This document shows positions 1-6,814 of a stretch of 20,000 nt of DNA, piece by piece; position 1 is the stretch's first letter, and every line of letters starts with the position of its first letter. The position numbers and the translations under genes were made by a program. Source of the stretch: an uncultured virus (IMG/VR IMGVR_UViG_3300044996_000468) (taxonomy: Duplodnaviria; Heunggongvirae; Uroviricota; Caudoviricetes); the IMG/VR virus record IMGVR_UViG_3300044996_000468, positions 58,627-78,626 of that record; one strand, 5' to 3'. The notes below the pieces were generated by a model. That model was not told where the DNA came from. It ran no database searches and worked only from the letters and a program-made list of their open reading frames with translations.

Positions 1-207
1 GCTTACGAGGTCGTGATCGTGAGTGAAGGTGGTTACGAGAATTTCAAAATGCAGGTGAGGAACGAGTGGGTCGTGGATCATTGCAACGCGATGTTGTGCG
101 TGTTCGACGGTTCACCCGGCGGAACGGCAAACACCGTCAACTACGCTGACCGCGTTCGCCGTGACAAGATCCGTATCAACCCTCGGGACTTTCAGGCGGC
201 CGTGTGA
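1..207 (+). CDS. C-terminal part of a SLOG-superfamily (YspA/DUF1273-like) protein, 5' truncated by the window edge
   Basis: Frame is open from base 1. Motifs KMQVRNEWVVDHC, VFDGSPGGTANTVNYA and IRINP resemble the YspA/DUF1273 C-terminus (RN..MVD.S...WDG..GGT..TV.YA). Confidence 0.7.
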   Translation, partial: AYEVVIVSEGGYENFKMQVRNEWVVDHCNAMLCVFDGSPGGTANTVNYADRVRRDKIRINPRDFQAAV

Positions 208-349
208 GGGTCGCGCGATCGAACCAAACGCAGACGTACGAACCAACGTCAGTGACCTTGGCATTCGAAGGCTGGAGCTACGACACATGACGACGTTCTT
301 AATCGGCCTTGCTGCGTTCTCGTCGGTGTTCTTGGGCACTTTTTACGAT

Positions 350-385
350 GTTGCGATCAACTTTGATCGTGACGTGGATAGAAAT
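350..385 (+). repeat. Solitary CRISPR repeat of the same family as the 10262-13735 array
   Basis: GTTGCGATC-AACTTT-GATCGTGAC-GTGGATAGAAAT has the same 9+6+9+12 layout as the array repeats. The stem is fully paired when two G-U pairs are allowed. Confidence 0.85.
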
Positions 386-427
386 CAGACCATCAACGTC
401 ACACATGGACGACATGCAGGTGTATAA

Positions 428-961
428 ATGAGTCGCGAAGACGACGACAAAGGCGAAATCGAAATCGGTGCCGTGTTCCCGGGCGGGACGCTCGAAGAAG
501 CGCAAGCCTTCGTGCAGCTCCACCTGGCGAACGGCGCCAAGTGTCCTGCCTGTGGACAATTCGCCAAGCTCTATCGCAGAAAATTGAATGCCACGATGGC
601 CTACGCGCTCGTGCTGATCCACCAGTTCTTCAAGAAGAACCCGCAACACGCCTGGATCCACGTCGCGTCGTTCTTGGTCAACACGCGTCGCGATAGCTCG
701 GTGGCAGGTGGTGATGTTGTCAAGCTCCGACACTGGGGCTTGATCGAGCGCGTCGACGGCGAGCGCGGCGATGGCAGTGACCGTGTCGGTCGGTACACGA
801 TCACGGAGCTGGGACGACGGTTCGTCGAGGGGGCGATCGCCGTTCCGCGCTACGCATATCTGTTCAATCAGATGCTCATGCGGTTGAGTGAAGAGAAGAC
901 GACGATCCAGGAGGCGTTAGGCGATCGATTCTCGTACGAAGAGCTACTGCAAGGAGCCTGA
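428..961 (+). CDS. Phage hypothetical protein, CxxC plus probable winged-helix DNA-binding fold
   Basis: 177-aa ORF with GC3-rich codons. Contains CPACGQ and a wHTH-like wing segment (HWGLIE...GRYTITELGRRFV). Confidence 0.7.
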   Translation: MSREDDDKGEIEIGAVFPGGTLEEAQAFVQLHLANGAKCPACGQFAKLYRRKLNATMAYALVLIHQFFKKNPQHAWIHVASFLVNTRRDSSVAGGDVVKLRHWGLIERVDGERGDGSDRVGRYTITELGRRFVEGAIAVPRYAYLFNQMLMRLSEEKTTIQEALGDRFSYEELLQGA

Positions 962-963
962 AG

Positions 964-1254
964 ATGAACTGCACCTGCGATCAGCGCGGCGACTTCTGCC
1001 CCGAGCATCCCACCTGCGCGTGCGGTTGCGAGCGGCACGCGCACCGCGGCAACGCCGAGTGCATCGCCGGCTCGATGAACTGCCACGGTTGTAACGCCTA
1101 CCGCCCGGCGCGGCTCAAACGCTTCCACGAGCTGTACGACCACGACCTTGAAGACATCACGTTGGATGCCCTCAAGCTCGCCTACAGAGACCTGCGCGCG
1201 CACCACATCGAAGAAACCACGGCGTTGTGGCATAGGATCACCAATCCGAAGTGA
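964..1254 (+). CDS. Small Cys/His-rich hypothetical protein
   Basis: Starts 2 nt after the previous stop. Cys-rich N-terminal half and GC3-rich codons. Confidence 0.6.
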   Translation: MNCTCDQRGDFCPEHPTCACGCERHAHRGNAECIAGSMNCHGCNAYRPARLKRFHELYDHDLEDITLDALKLAYRDLRAHHIEETTALWHRITNPK

Positions 1255-1508
1255 AGACCTACGAGACCAAGCCGTCTGAGCCGCCGACAACATGTCCCGT
1301 CCCGCGATGTGGCTACAAGCGCGTCTGGAAGTATTTCAAGTACGACCGCGTACGCGGTGGTCGTAAGCCGCCGCGTGACGGTTGGCGGGCGCACTGTGCA
1401 GCCTGTGCGGTGCTCACCGAGCTACGCCATCATAAACGCCGCGCCGAAGTACTCCAAGAACGCTGGTCGGCGATGGTAGAACCGCCGAAGCCTGTGCCGC
1501 GTCGATAG
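1251..1508 (+). CDS. Small basic hypothetical protein, possible zinc finger
   Basis: GTGA start/stop overlap with the upstream gene. Contains CPVPRC...CAAC. Confidence 0.5.
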   Translation: MKTYETKPSEPPTTCPVPRCGYKRVWKYFKYDRVRGGRKPPRDGWRAHCAACAVLTELRHHKRRAEVLQERWSAMVEPPKPVPRR

Positions 1509-1829
1509 TTCTCGTTCTGACGAAAAGCCTCGACGACGGTGAAGACCGACGACGGTGAGGACTTGCGGAATTAGTCTTGCTTTGGTGCTTGCTTTAGTGA
1601 GTGCCTTTGTGCTGTGCTATAGCTCTCGACTTCTAGGGGAACCATGGGCACCAAAATCACGGCACTTGCCAAGGCGAAAAAGATCGGCATGTACGAAGAC
1701 GCCAAGAGGGCGATCTTCGTCAACGTCACCGAAATCGACATCGAGCGCGCGACATGCTTCGCGCCCGACCAGTGCGCAATGGCCAAGGCTGCTTGCCGCG
1801 CAATTCCGAATGCGTTGAGGGCCTTCTTC

Positions 1830-3020
1830 CATGCTTATCCGGTTAACACCCCAAACGTGATTTAGACACATGAGTACCGTACTGACACATCAAGTCACGA
1901 TCTGGATGGCAGGCGACAAGTTGTGCTGAACCTCGCGAACTGGCGTAAGTACCAGCACCTGTTTGTCCCTCCGTCCGATCGCCCGTGCATCGCTGGAGTC
2001 AGCGGTGGTTCGACGAGTGGTGTGATGGCCGCGCTGCTCTCGGCTGCCGTGCTCATGTCGTTCCAGAACACGGGCAAAGAGCACGCGCTGACTTACGAAT
2101 TCCTGGAGGCGCTCGCAGATGCTATCGGTCGCGAGATTGTCTGGTTGGAGTACCGCCCGCCCGCCTCGCGCGGGGCCCCGCCTGCGGCGGCACGTTTTGC
2201 AGTCGTAACACCGCGAACCGCTGATCGTAGCGGCGGACCGTTCGAGATGATGATGATGGACGCGATCAACGCATATCGCGCAGCCATCGGTAAGGGGCCG
2301 ATCGCGCCGTGGTGGCGCTCGCGCATCTGCACGACGTACATGAAGACGCGACTCGCGCGCCGCTACGTGGAGTCGCTTGGGTGGAACGGCCACGATGAAC
2401 TAGTGGGGCTTCGTGCCGACGAGCCCGATCGTGTGGCCAAACTCCGCGTGGGCGTCCCCAAGCGAATCGGTCGCCATGCGCCGCTTAGCGTCGCTGGTTT
2501 CACGGCCAACGATGTAGCTGCGTTCTGGGGTGAGCAGTCGTTCAGGCTCAACCTGCCGCCTCACCTCGGCAACTGCACTGGATGCTTTCTAAAGGACCAG
2601 GCCGACCAAAGCCGCGCGCTCGACCAGAATGGCGACGTCGATTACTGGGCGGGTATGCAGGAGCGGCATCCGGGATTCGGCGGCAAGAATCACCCCGGCT
2701 ATCGTCGGCTCGCAGCCGAGGCGCCATCGCGTTACGCGATTGAGGCGGCACTGTTGGCCGGGCGAACGCCCGATAACGAGAACGGTATGGAGTCTCGTCG
2801 GTTCAAGCTTGTTGTCATCCAGGAGCGCAAGCGGCTAGCCGGACAGGTGGCGCCGTTCTCGTGTGCGTGCGAGGGCTCCGACGCACTAGCGCAGATGGAC
2901 GACGACGAAGAGAACGCATACATCGCATCACTACCAAGTGAGGACGCGGCATGAAGAGTGCCAATTCACAATCTAACAAGGACGGTCAGACCTGTTATGG
3001 GTGCCAACCGGATAAGCATG
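1830..3020. mobile_element. Non-autonomous TIR element (mobile-cassette-like) carrying a PAPS-reductase-family gene, no transposase
   Basis: Left end CATGCTTATCCGGTTAACACCC (1830-1851) and reverse complement of the right end CATGCTTATCCGGTTGGCACCC (2999-3020) match at 20/22. An 8-bp direct repeat CCTTCTTC lies at 1822-1829 and 3021-3028. Confidence 0.9.
1923..2954 (+). CDS. Phosphoadenosine phosphosulfate (PAPS) reductase-family / PP-loop protein
   Basis: PP-loop-like GVSGGSTSGVM, plus FQNTGKEH, RICTTYMK, VGLRADEPDR and GNCTGCFLK, as seen in phage PAPS-reductase-like proteins. Confidence 0.8.
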   Translation: MLNLANWRKYQHLFVPPSDRPCIAGVSGGSTSGVMAALLSAAVLMSFQNTGKEHALTYEFLEALADAIGREIVWLEYRPPASRGAPPAAARFAVVTPRTADRSGGPFEMMMMDAINAYRAAIGKGPIAPWWRSRICTTYMKTRLARRYVESLGWNGHDELVGLRADEPDRVAKLRVGVPKRIGRHAPLSVAGFTANDVAAFWGEQSFRLNLPPHLGNCTGCFLKDQADQSRALDQNGDVDYWAGMQERHPGFGGKNHPGYRRLAAEAPSRYAIEAALLAGRTPDNENGMESRRFKLVVIQERKRLAGQVAPFSCACEGSDALAQMDDDEENAYIASLPSEDAA

Positions 3021-3330
3021 CCTTCTTCTACGAGAATGCTGTGTACATCGCATACTACGACACGAAGACAAAGAAGAAGAGGACCTTGCGCTTCATTCCT
3101 TCACCGGAAGCGCGGAAGAACATTCATACCTTCGACACGACCGGGAAGTTCTCTCCAGGACGCTACCGGCTGGACGCACCCAAGGGTTCGGACACGCTGG
3201 CCAGCATTCGTGAGCGGAGTCGACGTCGTCCTGGTCGACATCCTCCGAGCAACAAGCCGGTGATCAAGCGCGCTGTCAAGGCTACCGTCAAAGGGCGTCT
3301 GCAGTACGCCTACGCCTACTAGCCGAGACC

Positions 3331-3792
3331 GTGAAGACCGACGACGAGATCAGTCACGCGATCGCGCGAGCACACAGCGACGAAGCCGTGTTCGCTGACT
3401 ACCTGCGCGGCTTTGGTCTCGTCGTCGATACACTCTCCCGCGGTTTTCGAAAGTCGCTCGACGACATCGCGCAGTACGCCCACGACGTCGACCTGCAAGT
3501 CGCCGGCTACGCTTGCCAGTACAAGCATCGCGGCAACGCGCGGCTCGCGTACATCGTCAGGAACTACTGGGGGCCGTTCCTCGACGAGAAGCAGAAGGCC
3601 GATCGCACGCCGGTCGACTTCTACATCCTCGACTTCACCGACGCGACAGTGATCGCACCGTATGCACCGGATCTGTGGAAAGTCCAGACCAACGACGATC
3701 GATCGGACCGAGCACGCGCGAAACAGTTCTACATCGTGAACATCCGCGACTGCGTCCAGCTGCAAGCCTGGATCGACTGGCTCAGAAGCTGA
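3331..3792 (+). CDS. Hypothetical protein, possible PD-(D/E)xK nuclease fold
   Basis: 153-aa ORF with GC3-rich codons. E in an N-terminal helix and DVDL...QYK spacing resemble the PD-(D/E)xK motif; the fold assignment is tentative. Confidence 0.6.
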   Translation: MKTDDEISHAIARAHSDEAVFADYLRGFGLVVDTLSRGFRKSLDDIAQYAHDVDLQVAGYACQYKHRGNARLAYIVRNYWGPFLDEKQKADRTPVDFYILDFTDATVIAPYAPDLWKVQTNDDRSDRARAKQFYIVNIRDCVQLQAWIDWLRS

Positions 3793-3828
3793 CGTCGAGT
3801 GATCTCGCCGCGGTTCGTTCGCATCATA

Positions 3829-3925
3829 GGCTTGACTTGTCAGGTACATCTGCGAAACGTTCAGTTCCAGTAGAGAACGGCTTGACTCGTCGAAGTCGTG
3901 CGTGAGAGGTTCAGTTCGAGTAGAG
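3829..3925 (+). promoter_or_regulatory. Tandem imperfect 50-bp duplication upstream of cas3 (putative promoter/operator)
   Basis: GGCTTGACTYGTC at 3829 and 3879, and GTTCAGTTCSAGTAGAG at 3859 and 3909. The sequence between the blocks differs. Each unit contains a TTGACT -35-like hexamer. Confidence 0.5.
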
Positions 3926-3945
3926 CGCGACAATTTAGGGAGCAC

Positions 3946-6051
3946 ATGAAGAGCACGAGGCTAGGGCCTCGGTCACTCACTGCCCGTAGGGTTCGGGACG
4001 TTGAGCGACCACTGGTCGAGGACATTCTTGCGACCGCAGATCGTGGAGCCGCTCTCGCCGTAGCGTTCGGTGCGCAGGAAACTCGCGCTGTCTGTCTTTG
4101 GTCGGATATCGGCAAGGCATCCGAGTCCTGGCAGATCCAGCAACGCGGGTCGAAGTACGGCCTACGTATTAACCATGTTGGATTAGGCGTTTGGCACACC
4201 TTACGCGTTCCCGGCATCCCGTCCATGCAACGATTGGCAATCGCTGTCGCGATCGCCGGTCACCATGGTGGTCTCCCAGACGCAAGTTACCTACCTGCAC
4301 TGGCAGATGAGAGCGCACCGCTTCGAGAGGCGCTGATCGATCTTCCCGACGAGATCACTGCCCTTCCCGTAATGCGACAACGTCGGTTCGCAAACGCGAC
4401 GCATTTGTTCATGTTCACGCAGATGATCGCGTCGGCACACATCGACGCCGACTGGCAAAACGCGGCGGAATGGGAGCGAGAAGTCTGTGGTGCGCCCATC
4501 ACACGACCTTCGTATCCGAGCATCGAACAGCTCTACCGACAGTTGGAGAGCGTGTGCAGTGACACACGGCTCGATCGGAGCGATCTCCGTACTGCGTTCC
4601 GTTTGCACTATCTAAGTGCCGCTGAACGTGTTCCGGGGTTCTATTCGTTCTCAGCCCCTCTCGGTGCGTTCAACGTCGAAGCCTTGGCGCTGTACGGGCT
4701 GGCACACGCGCGACGCAACGCACGAGAAAGGGTCATCCTTGTCTGTTCGACGCAGATGATGTTCGAAGAGTGCACAGACAAGCTTCGTGCCTCTCTCGGA
4801 GACGCATTCGCAGAGCCCGCCGCGTTCGACGTCCAAAGTTGTGGGTTCAGTCCTCGTGTCGAGACCTGGGACGCTCCTGTCGTCGTTACCGCGCTTCGAG
4901 ATTTCTTAGGGCTCCTCTTTGACAATCGTCCAGCGTCTCTGCGACGTTTCCATCACCTCGCACGCGCAGTGGTCGTTGTCGTCGACGCACAACAGATCCC
5001 GTTGCCCGTGCGCACGTTGACCCGCGAAGCGTTACAAGTACTCGTTGATCATTTCCACGCTTCGGTGTCGCTCGTGTCGGCGGTCCCCTACGGAGTCGCG
5101 GAGGACGATCGACCAGAGTTGTTGGGGCCAAAGGACGCCTTCAACACGGTCTACGGAGAGATTCAGACCACATGGCCCGATCATCACGAACCGTTACCCT
5201 CCGCCGTACAGATCGCACACGAGATCGCCGAGCACGCTGAGTGTTTGACGGTTCTCCAAGATGCATCCAGATTGCGTGAGGTAGCACAAGCGATGAGGGC
5301 GTACGTCCCCGACGTCCAGGTCACTGCCGTGTCGTCTCGGATGTGTGCTGAACATCGTCGTGCGGTGATACGTAACCTTCGTGGAGGGTGTATCATCGCC
5401 GACGAAATCGGGAGTGCTCTCGCGAGGACGTTCAATACGGTCCTGTGTGAGATGACCGAACTGCCGACCATGGCCGCTGCTGCCTGTCGTGCGTTTGGTG
5501 ACGGTCAGCGGCGTGCAAACTTCAAAGTTCTTCTCTCGACGAGACGTACGGCTGGAGCTGTCGTCACGCACCTCATGTGGCGAGGTCGTTCAACACTGGC
5601 GTTTCAGGATCCCGCAACCTGGCGCGAGTACTTTCTGGACTTGCGCTCCGGGGTTCTACCAAACGATCGGCAGTGGGCCGACGCTCGTCAGGCGGACGTC
5701 GAGTGTCTTCGGTTCCGAACACTGGCCGCGGAAATGTTGCGTGTCGGCAAACGCTGCGCGGCACCTGTGAGCCTTGGGTTGGGAGAAGCCAGCCTAGTCC
5801 CGGTCGTCGTTCCTATGCCACTGCCGAGGGGTGGCTCCAGACCGGCGACCAAAGCCTTGATCGACAGGCTTCGTGCAGACGGTTCAAGTCAAGAAATTCT
5901 ACGTCGACTCATGAGCTACGTCGTGTGGATCTCCGTCGACGAGCGCACACAACTTCTTCGCGACGGTCATGCTGTCTGGGTCAGCGAGGCCGTGGTCTAT
6001 GTGATCAACGAGCTTCTGTACGATGAATTTGGGCTGAAGCCACTAGCCTAG
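3946..6051 (+). CDS. cas3: Type I-C Cas3 (HD plus SF2 helicase), predicted catalytically inactive
   Basis: Cas3 scaffold motifs DIGK, AIAGHHGGLPD, IDADW, ETWDAPVVVT, LFDNRP..LRRFHHLARAVVV and C-terminal LRRLMSY...YDEFGL. ATG 3946 follows an AGGGAG RBS. Lies upstream of cas5c. Confidence 0.9.
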   Translation: MKSTRLGPRSLTARRVRDVERPLVEDILATADRGAALAVAFGAQETRAVCLWSDIGKASESWQIQQRGSKYGLRINHVGLGVWHTLRVPGIPSMQRLAIAVAIAGHHGGLPDASYLPALADESAPLREALIDLPDEITALPVMRQRRFANATHLFMFTQMIASAHIDADWQNAAEWEREVCGAPITRPSYPSIEQLYRQLESVCSDTRLDRSDLRTAFRLHYLSAAERVPGFYSFSAPLGAFNVEALALYGLAHARRNARERVILVCSTQMMFEECTDKLRASLGDAFAEPAAFDVQSCGFSPRVETWDAPVVVTALRDFLGLLFDNRPASLRRFHHLARAVVVVVDAQQIPLPVRTLTREALQVLVDHFHASVSLVSAVPYGVAEDDRPELLGPKDAFNTVYGEIQTTWPDHHEPLPSAVQIAHEIAEHAECLTVLQDASRLREVAQAMRAYVPDVQVTAVSSRMCAEHRRAVIRNLRGGCIIADEIGSALARTFNTVLCEMTELPTMAAAACRAFGDGQRRANFKVLLSTRRTAGAVVTHLMWRGRSTLAFQDPATWREYFLDLRSGVLPNDRQWADARQADVECLRFRTLAAEMLRVGKRCAAPVSLGLGEASLVPVVVPMPLPRGGSRPATKALIDRLRADGSSQEILRRLMSYVVWISVDERTQLLRDGHAVWVSEAVVYVINELLYDEFGLKPLA

Positions 6052-6105
6052 GTGGCTGGTCTTCCGAGCAGGTTCGCAGGGAAAGTAGGCTAGGTACGCC
6101 TTAAA

Positions 6106-6118
6106 AATCAAGGACTTA
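6106..6118 (+). promoter_or_regulatory. IHF consensus site in the cas3-cas5 intergenic region
   Basis: AATCAAGGACTTA matches WATCAANNNNTTR exactly, within a locally AT-rich patch. Confidence 0.45.
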
Positions 6119-6178
6119 CGAGTTTACTCTCGACAGAACGGACGCCTCGCGCGTCGTAGACAACAACAGGGAGAGCAC

Positions 6179-6814
6179 ATGAAACGGAGCAGTGTACTTG
6201 CACTACGCGCAATGGGGCGGCGCGCGTGTTGGACGAACCATCTTTGTCGTGTCGAACGACAGACATACGACATTCCTACGCCGTCTGGCGCTGTAGGGGT
6301 GTTCGAAGCTGTCAATTGGCATCCCGGAATGCATTGGGAGCTGCACAAAATCTGGGTACTCAAGCCCATTCAGCACTTTTCACTGCGCACGAACGAGGTG
6401 AAGTGTTTCGCAGGCCGCCAGCCAATCAACATCGACAGCAATCGGACGCAGCGCAATACCGTCGGGCTCTACGACGTCGACTACATCTTCGAGGCCAGCT
6501 TCGTACTGGACGCGCGTGCGTCTCACGACGTCGCGACCAACGAAGACATCTTTCGTCGGCGCGTCAAGAACGGTGCCTGCTATCACACGCCGTATCTGGG
6601 GATGCACCCCTTTATCTGTGACGTGATGGCGCCGCCTGCCCAGTATACGCCGATTCGCCTGAGTCGGAGTTTTGGGCGAATGTTGTACGGGTTCGACTAC
6701 ACGAATAAGAAGCCGACGCCGCTCTACTTCGAAGCCTCGATGGAGAACGGTGTCGTGCAGATCCCTTCGCGTGAATACGTTCTTCAGAACCAAGGGATCA
6801 ACCATGTTCCGTGA
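6179..6814 (+). CDS. cas5c: Type I-C Cas5c (Cas5d)
   Basis: Motifs G..ACWT..RVERQTYDIPTPSGA.G.FEA..W.P, VLKPI, RTNEVK, RTQR....LYDVDY, FRRR..G.CYHTPYLG, FGRMLY.FDY and FEA.MENGV..P. Confidence 0.95.
   Translation: MKRSSVLALRAMGRRACWTNHLCRVERQTYDIPTPSGAVGVFEAVNWHPGMHWELHKIWVLKPIQHFSLRTNEVKCFAGRQPINIDSNRTQRNTVGLYDVDYIFEASFVLDARASHDVATNEDIFRRRVKNGACYHTPYLGMHPFICDVMAPPAQYTPIRLSRSFGRMLYGFDYTNKKPTPLYFEASMENGVVQIPSREYVLQNQGINHVP

Larger units (their letters stand above)
1644..3322 (+). pseudogene. Phage gene of about 159 aa split by an insertion; pieces 1644-1829 and 3029-3322
   Basis: Removing 1830-3028 (element plus one TSD copy) joins ...NALRAFF to YENAVYIAYY... in frame, giving 480 nt. A GGGGA RBS precedes ATG 1644. 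Confidence 0.85.

Noticed and set aside
161..427. 88-aa ORF with a hydrophobic stretch
   Set aside because: It overlaps the SLOG gene end and spans the solitary CRISPR repeat (the FDRDVDRN peptide). It is better explained as non-coding, though a short peptide from ATG 287 cannot be excluded.
1555..1818. 87-aa ORF with a signal-peptide-like N-terminus
   Set aside because: The hydrophobic stretch comes from the T-rich promoter-like region, and the rest overlaps the 1644 gene out of frame.
1644..1865. 73-aa ORF as a standalone gene
   Set aside because: It is the 5' half of the interrupted gene. Its last 11 residues come from the element's left TIR region.
6672..6803. Upstream extension of the cas8c ORF as given in the ORF track
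   Set aside because: It overlaps cas5c by more than 130 nt. ATG 6804 has an RBS and gives a typical Cas8c N-terminus.
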